Assembly (NCBI GenBank): GCA_043228905.1
Contig: JBHGNT010000010.1
Span: forward strand, 1,798,001-1,862,000
Direction of reading: 5' to 3'
Source: Azolla caroliniana
Taxonomy: Eukaryota > Plantae > Polypodiophyta
DNA: 64,000 nt
Shown: positions 26,501 through 40,700 of the stretch, piece by piece
Layout of the letters: each line of letters begins with the position of its first letter
How positions within the stretch are numbered: position 1 is the first letter of the stretch
Program-made: the position numbers and the translations under genes
The notes under the pieces: model-generated
What the model was told of the DNA's origin: nothing
The model's input: only the letters and a program-made list of their open reading frames with translations
Databases searched by the model: none

Positions 26501-29333
26501 TAATAGTTAATAAAATTTGTGTAGACACAGGCATGTAGAATCCTATCAACTTCTCATGTCTTATCTTATCTATTGTGATTCTCCAGTGCTACATATTTAG
26601 AATTATAACCTCACCTATGCATAGTACTTTCTGTGCAATATGAGCATGTTAAATGATGAAAAAATAAATAAATTAGTGTTATCTCTCTACTGATATGATA
26701 AATTGAATAGCATGGTGAAACAATTTATTATTATTATTGGGTCTTCTAAGGCAAGAGCTTACCTGCAATTCATCAGATTCTGCACATTTGTCAGCATTAA
26801 CACCAACATCTAATTCAATAGAGGTCTGTGAATCAGTTGTCGATTGTTTCCTTCCATCAAGGCCTACATCAGCTATTGTTTCTGAAGACACTTCAGTGGG
26901 AGTTTCCTCAAATACTACAGTGAAGTCCTCCTCTACAACTGAATCACTCTTAACAAAGAATTCTGCCATATTCTCAATTGGAACCTTGTTATTATTAAAA
27001 CTAGGTTCCACAGTACCAGAGCTATTTAGTGTATCAGAATTTTTTACACCCTCCGTGTCTTGATCTGAGTATCTTTTCAGAAATCGATCATTTTTCCTAT
27101 CCATCTTACTTTTCTGAGACAGAGATTCTTTGAATTGCCGATTGGCCTTAGGCTGCAATTCTTGCCCTTTCAACTCTACAACATTTGGCCTCTCTCTTGA
27201 GATTCTAGATTGCTCTTTTCTCTTTTCCCTCTCTTCATTCAGCTTCCAAGCACTAGCTAACAATGCCTGAAGCTCCCTCTCTTCCATTTCGACAGTTTCC
27301 TCTGCAGATATCGGAGACAAACTTGTTGAAATCTTCTCATGATACTGCTTTAAAGTCAAACTATCATCAGATTTTTTGCTAATCAGATTTTCAGCCATGT
27401 TCCTAGCATTTTTAACTTCCACACCTCGCCTATTTTCACTAGAAACCCTAGAAAATGCTTCCATTTTACCTGAAACCAATTCATTGATAGAGCTTGTTGA
27501 TTGATTAGGAGGCAAATCTGAAGTCCAGTCTTTCCATGTTTTGAATTGATGTTGGGATAAACTATCAGGTTGTGATGATTTGGTGGACTGATGCAAATCA
27601 TTAACTGTAATCCATTCTTTTCCAATCTTTTCTGGACCCCGAGAATTTCCATCTCTATGCATTCTAATTTCAATGAGATCCTCATGCAATGCTTGGTCCT
27701 CTGTTGAAGAGAAAGAACGGGAAAACGTTCGATTCTTTCTGGAAAAATCATTCGGTGTTTTAACTACATTGTTGCTTTGAAACATGTCATTTGGGTAGTT
27801 TTTTTCTGATTTGATCCTAAATGCATCCCGACCATTACTTGACCTTTGTTGAAGAAGACTCTTTTGTGGAAAACCACCAAATACATCGTCAATTTCGATG
27901 CCAGTTATTGGCCCATTGTTGTTGCTACTAGACTTGGGAGATATTTTGAACTGGCTCAAAGGATGCTGGGGCGATGGCGATGGAGGTACACTAGCTGAAG
28001 TTAAAGCACTTCTTGGAAGTAAGGAAGGGATATCAAATCCTCTTTCTCTGCTATCATCAATGGAGGAAAATGAAGAGAATGAACTTTTACTTGTGACCTT
28101 CCCACCACCTGACCTGCTCTAATCCAGCAGTTGAATCCTACTTAGCTACTTAATCAAAATTTTGAAGAAAATTCACTATATTATTTTATTTGAATTATCT
28201 TCGAAAATTAATCTTTAACTTTATTTCAAAACCAAACATTGAAAAACTAGCAATTAATCAAACAATAACATTAAAATTGGGGCTTCATATTTTCACTAGA
28301 AAAAACAACACCACCACACATGATGACAAAGGTGATGACACATCCCTTTGGTCATGCCCATTCAAACTAAATGAATATAAATGATAAATTCCCAATTTTC
28401 ACTACTAAAATAATGACACGACCTAAGGGCACTGGACTTCCCTTTGGGAAAGCCTATTAAACACAATTCCTTTAGAAAAATAGAAAACTCATATTCTTTA
28501 CGAAGAAAAGAAACTACACCAGCCAAGGTCATAGTCACATCCCTTGGTGATATCTATTAAAACAAGAGGGAAAATAGAAATTTCTATTTTTCACGGAGAA
28601 AAATAGCAACAACTAATGGCGCTACCATTACTCTTCAGTTGTGCCTATTTTACACAGATAGAAATAAATTTGTTACTTTATCACAGAATAGCACTGGTTC
28701 AACATGCATATACAAAAAAAAATTCAAAAAATTCACGCCTATACAATCCAGAAACCCCAATTTTCCGCAGAAAAAAAAAGAACTGCCAACCCACGCATAG
28801 AAAGGTGCCAACCAAGAATGCATACACAAACAAGAGAAAAGAAGGAAAACATAAATTCACGCCCATACAAACAGAGAGAACTATAAATTCACAAAGAGAT
28901 TTAACCACACTATACAAGTCGAGGAAACCATGAATAGAAAATACCTGGATTTTGTAAAGGAAGCCAAGCTTGATTTAACATAGGAGGCTTCTTCACGGGT
29001 GGGCTCACTTCCCGTTGCCAACGAAGGATGTACAGGGCTCATTCTTCGGGAACCTGCCCGAGAACTTGGTCTCGATCTACTATTGGCATCGGAATTAGGG
29101 TTTCCATATGAACTAGAGCTACCAACAACATCGGAACCTTGCCTATTCTCTTTGAATATATCTTCATAGACAAAAAGAGGCGGTGATGACGGGGTCTTCG
29201 AGACATCATATGTGCTGCCCGGGATGACATCATCGCCGAAGACAGGAAGCTCGAAAACTCGAGAAGATCGGAAGGATGGAACCTTAGACAGGATTGTTTT
29301 CTCCGCATTTAATGATGGTGATGGTGGTGGTAG

Positions 29334-29365
<32 letters not shown>

Positions 29366-29573
29366 CAAGTAGTGATGCTACTAACCTGGGTGGGCCTCCA
29401 AATACATCATCATAATCTACAGATGGAGTAGAAATACGAGGAGATGGATAAAGAGGTTTATCCACTGATCTTCGAATAGCCCCTCTATAATCTTGATCCA
29501 TCCTTGGGGAGTGAAGAGGATGAACTTTAGTACTATGGGGCCTTGAGCTCTGATCCATGTCTGCTTCTTTCAT
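23553..29573 (-). CDS. Auxilin-like J-domain protein (AUXILIN-LIKE/JAC1 family); exons approx. 29573-28945, 28113-26763, 26196-26124, 26020-25920, 25847-25782, 24297-24208, 24093-23917, 23591-23553
   Basis: N-terminal [11 protein letters not shown], then [17 protein letters not shown]..., [28 protein letters not shown]..., [20 protein letters not shown] (HPD motif) and the C-terminus [13 protein letters not shown] small extra exon near 26390-26473 is possible. Confidence 0.9.
24620..25200 (-). mobile_element. Possible decayed LINE endonuclease (APE) fragment in an auxilin-like intron
   Basis: Weak minus-strand fragments [15 protein letters not shown](GD)LN-like and SLI(D)LMMAS appear in APE order. 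Heavily degenerate. Confidence 0.33.
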
Positions 29574-32500
29574 AGAAGGGAAAGGAAAAGAAGGCCTGCA
29601 TCTTCTCCTGACAGGGGAAGGAGGTCCCAAAGAAGATGAAGGTTTCTCTTTTCCATTGTATCATGTATGTATGCATTCCATTAGCTTATGGACAGGACAG
29701 GGGCTCACACCAATGGCCTTTTGCCTTGTGTGGACCCTCCCATATCACCCACTAGATCCTTTCCTGTCCACAGAAAACACACACACACACAACTTGGGTT
29801 CTCTCCTAGGGTATCCTCCAGTACAAACAAACAGACCAATAACAATGTGAATCGATTCATTCTGGGTCCATCTAGATAAACTGCTATTATCTCTCCATTG
29901 TGTCAGATTAAACCATAATTATGCACGATGGCTGGCTGGCTGGCTCGATTGGTGAAAATCGCTATTTTAGTCACTCTGCTTCTCGATTGCGCTGCTTGGA
30001 TCGTGTCAGTTCGCACGTTATGGATGATTAAGCGATGCTTACAATGAACTTGCGAGTGCCTTCCGTAAGTAGATGTGCGGAATAAAGTGCGGCATGCATA
30101 GCTGCATCGGATTATTCGATGAGAAAGTTGGGAGGAGGGAAGCATGCAATCCATTGTCCCATTCGTGATAGATAATTGTTTTTAACATCCATAGTGAGGC
30201 CAATATTGACCCATGTGATGTTTAGTATGTACGAGGGAAGATAAGATATTCAACCTATATAGCAAGAAAATAATTATTAACATGTGGAGTATGCAAGCTC
30301 TTTCATAGCTATATGTGATGTGTTGACTATTGTAGGGAAATGATATCTAGTGAGGGTGCACCTTATTCAAAAACATTGTGTGGTACGAAGGATAATTTCC
30401 CACGGACACTTCCCTCTTGTGACAAATCATATCATGCATTTGGGCAACACCCATCTCCTAGCTAGGTGTGAAGTCGAATAGTGTATGAACGTTGGAGACA
30501 TGAAGAAAATGTGAGCGACTTCTCTAATGGATATGTAAGATCTTTAACTTTTTTCATGAGAAATTGTAAGGAGTTACCTCCACGACTACCATGTGAGTAT
30601 TGATAATGTCATAAAACACTCAAAAACTTAGACAACCATTGTCACCCATGTAAACATCAACTTTCCCACATGGCAATTTGTTGAAATGTCTATCAATACA
30701 TTTTTTTTTTCCAACTGTATTTTTATCACAATTCTTATGTATCATAACATCAACAATGAAGTTTTCAAAAACTATTTCATTTCTTGATGTTTGTGCACAC
30801 TTCAAACATCTCCATTGGATGGTATCTTCTTGGAGGCTACTCGATGCTTGTGACGTTGGCTATCTCACAAACATCTAATTGTCCCCAATGTCATCTCATT
30901 GCATGGTATCGTCCATAACTAATAAATAGCTTTTGCTAGGCTTTTACATGACATTCTACTACACAATGCACGAGAATAATCTCTAAACATTGAAAAAATA
31001 AATGCACACTCTTTCTATGGGAAATTGAGGATAACAATAATGTAAGTGGGACCTTGAAGATATCATTTCCACAAAATTTTATCCACAACAAATGGTTGTA
31101 CGTTCTTTGTCATTTCATTGATATTTAACGCCACCTTTAGTTGTGCCCGTGGTTTGGGGTCTACATGAAGAGTTTCAGTGCTTAAAGAGAAAAATATAGA
31201 TAAGGCTATGATATAACGTAAATTCTAATTTTATTTTTTGTTGATTTCGCGATCAATGGATTATTACCTTGGGTATGAACTTTTGGTGAGCTTTGAACCT
31301 AGGATGGTTTACGTTTGAAATTTTTCTATGGCCATCATGCTAGGCCCATGATCAAAATGTACACAGCTCATTTATGATACATACATGCATGACCAATGAT
31401 CACCTACATAAACTTTCCATATTTGATATATGAACCATCCAAGGAACCATAAGTAAACAAGTAATGAAGGCATTTAATAAATAATAATAATCTTAAAAGT
31501 AAAATGAACAACAATATTAACAATAAATTAAATATGTATAAATTAAACGATATAGAAAAATGAATACTTGTTTGATAGGTCTACATAGCGTACCAAAATA
31601 GATAAGCATTCCAAAAGGAAAATCAATTTGGTATTTCTTTCAATCAAGCTTTTTAGACACCTTGTCCTTGAAGGAGTTTACTAAATATTATTTCAACAAG
31701 TCTTAATGTTTGGAGCTCACAATTTTGTGTTTACTTGTCTTTTAAATTTTGTACTTGTTTACCATTTAAATCTAGGAAGCCAATGCAATGAGTGTTTTGA
31801 ACCTTAAGCATGTGATCTAACCATCATCTTAATGAGAAGTGATCTAATCTCAAAAAGTAAGGGCTTGTGTGGTGTTTATGTCGACTTGACATAAAATAAC
31901 TATCTATAGTTAAAATGATGGTAACTTACCTCGGAGGTAGTCTATTGACCACCATTGTGAGGCCTAGGGTTTATGACCTAACAAATATATATATAGTAGT
32001 TGAAGGTATTCTCTCTCTCTGTCTGTCTGTCTCTCTCTCCCCATAATTTAACATTTTTATGACAAACTGTTAAGCGCTTGGATTGTACCACGATCGGTCA
32101 TGAAGAATAGTGCATCAACAAGGACGTAGTACGACTAAAGTAACTATGAAGAAGAAATGGCAAGAGGAAAATGAGCTAATGGGTAGCCAAGTGTGAAAGA
32201 GGCAAAGCCTAAATGTAAATACTATATAAACCACATTATGGTGGCTTTGTAAGGGTTCTTCCATTTGTAAAGGTCTCCCTATTGATCAAGAGCTAGAGCT
32301 TCCTCTCCTCCTTGGATCCTTAAGCTTAAGAGAGATTAGTGAAGTGTTTAGTTAGAGAACACTAATCTCTCTTCCTTGTTGGTGCCAGACCTCTTAGCAA
32401 AGAAGGTTAATAAACATATTCATTACTCTTATTGTCTATGAGAGAGAGTGAGAGAGATATCGTGCTTAATAATCAATTAATTGTTAAATGAGTGTGAAGC

Positions 32501-34529
32501 TTGGAGGTGTCTGACAACCATCTCCGCCCGATTCGCCATCAAAAGGGTATACGCCGGTCCGAGCTCTGCAAACGACATAAAGGAGGGTTTAACTCCGTTG
32601 ATATATAGATCCTACACACAAACGAATAAGAAAAACTTTAGTTGCAATTCATTTTTGACCCTTAAGTTTCAACCCACAACTACCACTCATATATTTTATA
32701 TATTGACGTTTTTCTAATAAATATAACCTTCAAAATGAAGAATAGTATTATAATTTTCACTTCAACAATGACATTTGCATATTTTGTTTGACATTACATG
32801 TACGTTGTTTTAGGCAAAAACAATCATCAACGTAAAACTATGTTTGTGCTGATAGGAAGAATATAGAGAGAAAGAAAGGACAAAAACAAAGAACAATGGA
32901 GATTTCTTTATCTTTACTAGATGCCAAAACCATTCCACTAGACAAATCATGCACACTTACATATATATATGTTCTCCATTATCCATGGCAAAAGAGACTA
33001 AAAAGTTACAATAAGTAAATACAAATCATACTAATTGTAAAACCTAGGGCTAATAACAAAGCACGATGATTACCATAGGAAAATAGGAGCTCCAAATCTA
33101 GATTGTACTATATTTTTTACATCCAGATGGGAGCTTGTAGCAAAGTTTTTGAGCTCTTATGGAAGACCCAAACCATGGAAGAGTTGAATCTCTTGCATGC
33201 AACTCATACATTTGAGCTTGTTTGAGGTGAGTGAACTCAAGGGAGAGAAAAACAAAGGGTATGACAAATAGAAAAAAAAGAAAAGAATAATATAATTCAA
33301 AATTATAAAAACATATGTGGGGACCATGGATGTAGTCTCATTCAATAACAAGGTTGGGGAAATGGAGATTAATGTTGTTGTCTCAAGCCTTTAGGCAAGG
33401 ATTGGGGTGATTTTAATAAACTCTACTGCTATTACACTCCATCAATGAATGCATGGAAAGTGGTGTAGTAGATGAGATCTAAGTGAATACGAAAGGCATG
33501 ACGATGGATAGGAATGTCGGGCTTGTTGCCACATCCTTGCTAGAGGTAAGTTGGTGATGGCTGAAAATAGTCGTGGGTCCTAGCCTAAAGAACTCAAAAT
33601 GAACTTGACATATTCCTTGATGAAGTAGGAGGGAAACTTTGAGATGGTGGGGGTGGGATCTTTTAGCTACTAAAAAAAGAGTCAAAGTTTATATAGATGC
33701 TTGAGAGATATAGAAGGGCTTTTGTCTTCTCCCCCCCTAGGGTGTGCCAATCCAACATTTGTGGATCCAACGGTGATATTTACAATATCATACATGCCAT
33801 TGAACCTAAAATTGATTATTGTACCAAAGGCCCAATACCGAAGTCCATAAAACTATTGAAAGAGAAGGCTATTGGAGAATTTTGAAACCATGGAATGTTC
33901 GTATTCAAAAAAATGGTTAAATATCATGAAAACGAACATGTCACTGTGCTTCATTCAAGACCTTCAAACTTGATGAATAACTTGTTCCCAGTTTTTGCTA
34001 ATCCCTCAAGGTTCACTTCTTTCATTGAAAACTCACAAGTTTATACACAACCATCATCCATACCCACACCATTTCTACTTGCTTCCTTATTGTTGGGATT
34101 GTTCCAACTTCTACAATGCATAACAAAGGTGTGTCTCACGTCTATTTAATTGGCCAGTCTTTGCAAAACATCGCAACATTAAACGTACTAAAGAACACAG
34201 GTTATGGATAACATACTCTAGGTTTGGCCTCTTAGGATGTATTTCTAATAGGCAATGTGCAAAGATCAGTGTGATGTATTTCATGCTATTGTAAATGTGG
34301 TTCTTTTACTTGACATTAGTGATTAATAAGAGGGAGATAGAGAAGTACGGGTTTCTTGAGAGAAAACCTAGTGTGATAAGTTCACATACTACGGTTTCAA
34401 AGATCAATTTATAGAAATTATTTGTTTCCTCAACTTAGATAAACACCATACGATTAAGAAAAATGTTAAGCTAAAATGCTCGTCCCTTAAAGTTCTTGTT
34501 GTTGTACTATGAAAACACTTGGGAATGTT

Positions 34530-34915
34530 GTCATGGCCACCACTTACTGGTCGAGATGTGAACAAGTCGAGAGAGTTAGAGAGAAGTTGAGATTGGCAAG
34601 GAGTTTACAAGTAAAAAATGCTTAGTGCAAGTGTGTCCACTTCCTATAACTTTCCTCTTGGTTTCTACTCATTTCCGTATGTTTGTATTCCACGAAGAAC
34701 TCCTTATAGAAACAAATAAAGTCATGGCCACCACTTACTGGTCGAGATGTGAACAAGTCGAGAGAGTTAGAGAGAAGTTGAGATTGGTTTAAAGGAATTT
34801 ACAAGTAAAAAGAGCTTACTGCAAGTGTCTCTACTTCCTATGACTTTCGTCCTGGTTTCTACTCATTTATGTATGCTTGTATTCCACGATGAACTCCTTA
34901 TAGAAACAAATAAAA
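34530..34915. repeat. ~190-bp tandem duplication adjacent to the LTR element insertion
   Basis: gtcatggccaccacttactggtcgagatgtgaacaagtcgagagag...gaactccttatagaaacaaataaa occurs at 34530-34720 and again at 34721-34914. Confidence 0.9.
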
Positions 34916-35616
34916 TCACGGTGTCGTGAAGAAAACCGTCCCTTAGCGCAATCGGTGCATAGCGCGCGCGAACCGGCTCTTCACGCGTGCGCGCCCTTTA
35001 ATGTATATAATAGAGGATTAGGTACAAAGGTATATCCTAGGTAGTTAGATTCGGTAGGTAGGAAGTTAATGAGGGAAACGGCTCCCTTCTTGAAGCTATA
35101 AAGGAGAGGGAGACGCGGGGAGAAGGGGATCGTGCATTGAGGAGGACGAAGTGCTGTCGGGCCGTAACCGAACGCTTCTCCTCTGTTTGTTCTCAATTGC
35201 TCTTCTCTGCAGGTTTTCGGGAGGTTCGCGCTGCTTCGAGGAACGCCCGTGTGCTTCCGGCAACACCTCCATCCTATCCCCTTTCGTGCGTAGACGAACA
35301 TGCATCGACATCTGTTCGCCGGCCTGTTCGGTTGTAACCGCTCGCGTGCTCTGTTGTTTATTTGTCAATCGTTAATATGCAAACATTTGTGTCTCTCTGT
35401 CTCTGTGTCCATTCGCGTCTTCTGCGTTGACGGGCTGTGCCCCTGTGTTTCTTTGCTCATACGTAACCGGGCGTCTCTCTCTTTCTCTTTCCCCTTCTAT
35501 CACCTGCTCTTCGGTTCGAGACCCCGGTGGTCCCGCCTCGTTTCTCCACGCACGCGCGTAGTAACGCGACATATTTGGTGAACCTGACGTGAAACCAACG
35601 GCAGAGGAGCAGAAGA

Positions 35617-37743
35617 TGAGGGGGTCGGATCTTGCAGAGGCCATGGCTTCGGCCGTGGACCGGATAGTAAGTGCACGCGAGGGCACCGGCGCCCTTGACA
35701 GGGCTATTGAGGCGATCGTCGGTATGATCGGCCGGTTCAGTGGAAAGGATGCCACGAGTTATTTGGCGTCCTACCGGGCGGAGATGTTGATGAGGGATAT
35801 TCCGGAAGAGAGGCGTCTTGCCGGATTCCCTCGAGTGGCGATGCCGAGCATCCATGCGGAGGTGCTCGAGGTCCGGGCGGAGAGCCGGACCTGGGAGGAG
35901 TTCGAAGGACGGCTCCTGGAGAAATACGGGCTGGATGACGCGCTTCGACTTTCGAAGCGGGGCTTCATGGAGTGGGTGGAGTCCCCCGACAAAGGAAGAA
36001 ATGCGTTGGCACTCCTTTGGGAGTTTGAGGATTGCTTTGCGCGCCTTTCGGCGCTCGATCAGACTGTTCTGGACACAAGTCGTGTCCTACTGTTTGTCAA
36101 ATCGGTTGACGCATGAGATCGGGAGCAAGTGGGCTCCTTACTGGAAACCGAAGACGGGCTTACGGCCGACTGGGCCGTGGTAAAAAGAGTCTGCGGCCGT
36201 TTTGACAAACGGTGGGAGTGGGCTGATACAGGGGCAACCGGGGGCGGGTCCTGCTGCAGCAAGGAAGCTCGAACCGATACCGCAGGCGTGACGGGAAGAG
36301 ACCCGAGAGTGGCTCGAAACCGGTTCGGCTTCGACCGGCGTGGTCAGAGGCTCGTCCGGGGGGACAACTTTGGAGGAGTTGACACGGGTGGTAAAGGATC
36401 TCTAGATCGCCTAGGCTCGGAGGGAAGGTGGCGAACAGGCTCGTGACCGACGGCCTCCGGCAGGAAATAGGTGCATGTGGTGCGACGAGGTCGGCCACAT
36501 CCAAAAAGACTGCGGGAACTTTGTGGAGGCTTTGAGAAGCCGGGTAGTGTACCTGTGGGAAGGTCGGGTGCACGCCGACGATACCCGGAGGGCCCTGAAC
36601 CGAAACGACGGGCGAGGAGGAATGAAAAGGTTGATGGAAGAGGCGACAACCCGGCATGCGGAGACCGTCCACTACTCGGCGTCGGCCGGTATTCGGGTCG
36701 GTGGCAGCGAGGCCCGGAAGGAGAGCAAAGCCGGGTTCTGGCCGACGGTGCTGGAAGGCCTCGCCGGTGCCAGACTAAAGAAGGACGAGGTGGACCGCGC
36801 GGAGAAGCGGGTCCAGGAGGTAACCGGGTGGAGTGACCCGATCGAAGAAAAGATGGGTTTCGTCGAAGCAGCTTGCCAGAACTACGAGGCTCTGGTTGAA
36901 GACAAACGGGTAGGTAAAACCGGAGGGGCTGGACCCTCATAGAGATACGAAACCCGATTCAGGCCGAAACAGAACGAGGCCGGTGAGACCAGTGCCCGAG
37001 ATAACCACAAGAAGGGCGGATACCAGTTGGGCACGGAGATCGAAAGGACCACGGACCTACGAAAGGTCCTGGAAGAACGAATCCTCGACAGCAAGGTGGA
37101 ACTGTCGTTGCGGGAGGTGCTCGGAATCGCCAAGAAGGAGTTCCACGACTCCATCGTAGACTTGGTGAAGAGGAAGAGGCTGTTGACGGAGATAGAACCG
37201 GAAAGGCTAGTGGAGGTGCGGACGACGCACATAGAGGACATGGCGCTGGAAGACGAGTGGGCGGAGAGCCACTACTCGAGGCCACATTGGGCCCGAGCGA
37301 CCACGGAAACCCCGGTGAAGATCGGAGATGTTTAGGAACCGGTGGTGGTGCTGGTGGACCACGGTTCGGAAATAAACCTGATGTCCATGGACTTCTACAA
37401 GAATGGGAAATGGCCGATCAACACCAAGAACGGGTGGAAGATACGGGTGGCGACGCGCGCCACCAAGGAACTACACGGGGCCTGCCCAAACGTGCGAGTC
37501 AAGATCGGCGACGTCGAGATAGATCAACACTTCTTTGTGCAGGAGACGTCCTCGCACCCGGTCATACTGGGAGAACCGTACATTACGACAGCGCGGATGG
37601 AGACCAAGGTGCTGGATAACGGGTCGGCTTACGCGAGGGTCAAGAGTCAGGACGGGTGTCATTCGGTCCAGTTCCTGACGGTGCGACCGAACCACGAGCG
37701 AAACCGCGAGTCCCTTGGTGGCGAGAATCGAGAGGATTTTTAG
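35617..37743 (+). pseudogene. gag-protease ORF of the Gypsy element (disrupted)
   Basis: Colinear ORF pieces 35589-36116, 36475-36942, 37027-37335 and 37342-37743. They are separated by single in-frame stops and a +1 indel in a G-run near 36240. Confidence 0.85.
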
Positions 37744-40700
37744 AGAGGGCTGTCAAGGCGTGGGGCCGCGACAGTCCGGACACTCCGGGAAAACCCCACA
37801 AATGTACGATAGAGGCGAAACCGAAGAAACCTTGTACCATAAGTAGGAAGTTTTGTTTCTCCGACAACGGAGGGTGTACGATAGTCGGCGTCGTTGGCCG
37901 AGAAAAGACGAGGGCGGAAGAGTGACTTCGGGCGTGCGGAGTTCTCGGGCCCAGCGAGGAAATCAACGGAGCCGTGGAGGCGGTCTCCTTCGACGATACC
38001 TTGGGAATACTGCGAGAGGTGGTCGGAGAGGGCCTTAAAGAGGACCAGACGATACTGGTTTGTTCAGAAGAGATGTACGAAGTCATCGCGGACTTTAGTC
38101 GAGGGCTCAAGTCGGATCGGACGGCTCGGGTTAACACGAAGTACAAGACTGTGGACCGGAAGGTAAGGCCAATCGCGGCACCCTTACCGGAGGGCAGCAA
38201 GTTGCGAATCAAGGGGGTCGCGTCGGACCCCAGTTTACGAGATCCGGCCTGCATAGGACACGCCTTCACCGACAGAACGCTACGGGAGCTCAAAATCGGT
38301 GGGGGTGGGTTCCTACTGCCGGCGGAAGAAGACTGGTTTCGGAGAATGCTCGGAAGGCACGGGAAAGCCTTTGCATTCTCACCGGGAGAGATCGGGTGCG
38401 TAGACCTGACAGTCGTGAAGCCGATGGTGATATTCACAGTACCGCATGTGCCGTGGAATCTCAAACCAATTCCGGTACCGAGAGCTCACATCCTGGAGCT
38501 GATGGAGCTGTTGAGGCAGAAAATTGATATGGGCATCCTCGAACCGTCGAGTGCCCCGTACTCAAACCGGTGGTTTACCGTACCGAAGAAGAACGGGACG
38601 TTGCGCTTCATTCAAGACCTGCAACCGGTCAACAGAGTGACCATTCAGAACGCAGGAATCAGACCAACGATAGACGAGTTCGCGGAGGCCTTCGCCGGAA
38701 GGTCGATCTACTCGGTCGGTGATCTATACTCGGGGTACGATCAGTTCCAACTAGCCGTAGAGAGCAGAGACATTACGACGATGCAGACTCCTCTCGATCT
38801 AGTATGGATGTGTACCCTGCCACAAGGAGGGACGAACTCGGTGGCCCACATGGTGAATGCGATGAACAACGTGCTGAGGGATTGTATCCCGGACATCACC
38901 ATGCCATTCTTGGACGACATCCCGATCAAGGGATGTACGGTAGAGGAAAAGGAAGAAACGATCGGACCGGACAGATGCCGGAGATTCGTGGCGACACACA
39001 TTGACGACTGCGAGAGGGTGCTGCAGAGGCTAGAGGACGCGAGGCTCACCTTCTCCGGGGAGAAATCGGCCTTCAGGCAATCAGAGATCATGGTCGTCGG
39101 ACATCTATGCGGACCGTATGGCCGGAAATCGTCTCCGGCTAAGGTAGAAGCCATCTCCGCAATGAAGCCCGACTGTAACTCAGTCACGGAGGTACAGAGG
39201 TTCTTGGGAGCATGCGCGTTCTACCACATATGGATCCCGCACTACGCCCACGTTGCCGAGCCGCTATACGGGTTGCTGAAAAAGGGGCGAAAATTCGAGT
39301 GGTGAGACGAGCATATGGAGTCGGTCCGAAAGATGAAGGAGGCTCTTGCTGCAGCTCCGGCACTCCGGAAGGCTGTCTACGAGAAAGGCACTCCCATCTA
39401 CATAACGGTAGATACAAGTCTGATCGGGATCGGATGGGTCGTCAACCAAGAAGATGAGGATGGCATTCGGTTCCCAATCCGGTTCGGCGCGAAGGTCCTC
39501 AACGAGCGACAGCGAGGATACGCCCAGGTTAAACGCGAACTCTGGGGTATCGTTTCGGCGGTGAAGGTCGATAAAGACTATCTGATCAGGACAGAGGTGA
39601 TTATCGAGAAGGACTGCCTGCCGATTCTCGGCATGGTTTCCGGATGCGCAACCCCGGACCTGGCAATGCTCAGGTGGATAGCGTACATCAAGTCCCTGGA
39701 TCCGGAAATACGACACATTTCCGGGAAAGACAATGCCATGGACGACATGCTTTCGAGGGCGCGATTCGACGACGAGGGCGGCATGGTTTCGGAAGAGGAG
39801 GAAGTCGGTGTAGACTTCTTCGAGGCGGCCTACGTAACAACCGAGGGAGGGAGCACTCCGGCGCTTAACGATTTTAACGAGAGCAAATACGACGGGGAGT
39901 GGTTGCAGATTGAGGGATTCTTAAGGACGATGACGCCGGATGCGTCATGGACAAAGAACGAGGCCAACCGGATCCGGAAGAAAGCATACCGATTCTTTCT
40001 CCGGGACGGATACTTGTGGAAGCACACGAAGAAGAGAAACAACATCCCACTCCGAGTAGTGGCGATGGAGGAGGAACAGGAGGAGTTGCTGAAGGTCTAC
40101 CACGACAACCCCTGGGTTGGACACTGTGGGACGTGGGCCACGTTCGAGAAACTAAAGGGGAAGTATTGGTGGCCAGGACTGTACCGGGACGTGCATCGGT
40201 TCGTGACAACTTGTGAGAGCTGTCAGATACACTCCATAGTCCGACATCAGGACGAGCTTCACCCTACATACCCTCCGGCCATCCACTTCAAATGGATGGT
40301 AGATTTGGTGACGATGCCGATGGGCGTAGGGCAGATGCGATATCTGGTGCTGGCCCGAGAGGACCTGATGAACCAGGTGGAAGGCCGAGCCCTGCAGAAC
40401 AAAACGACCGCGGCCGTGTGTTGGTTCCTGATCGAGGACGTGATATGCCGGTACGGGTGCGTCGGGAAGATCGTGGCTGACCGCGGGGAGTTGGACGCCG
40501 AAGAGGCCGAGGACCTGTTCGACCGGTTAGGGGTCAAGCTCTCGCTCACCACAGCGTACAATCCGGAGGCGAACGGGAAGGTGGAGCGCGGACACGGACC
40601 GATCGTCAAAGCGCTAGTCTGGGCATGCGGAGGCCAGGTCGGGAACTGGCCACGACTGTTACCTTATGCCTTGTGGGCGGACCGGACAACGCATAGTTCG

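Noticed and set aside
29574-29630. TTG-initiated N-terminal extension of the auxilin-like gene in the ORF track
   Set aside because: Bacterial-style start codon. The first in-frame ATG is at 29573.
30620-30900. Possible PIF/Harbinger transposase remnant (GKVDVYMGDNG)
   Set aside because: Only one weak motif, with no TIR or TSD. Not enough support.
32068-32520. Possible solo LTR (TATA-like core, CT/GA tracts)
   Set aside because: No convincing termini, TSD or second copy in the window.
34981-35581. Several ORFs duplicated at 41373-42021
   Set aside because: Chance ORFs inside the two GC-rich LTR copies.
37640-38464. 274-aa antisense ORF and other long opposite-strand ORFs in the Gypsy element
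   Set aside because: Expected shadow ORFs of GC-rich, codon-biased pol, with no recognisable domain.
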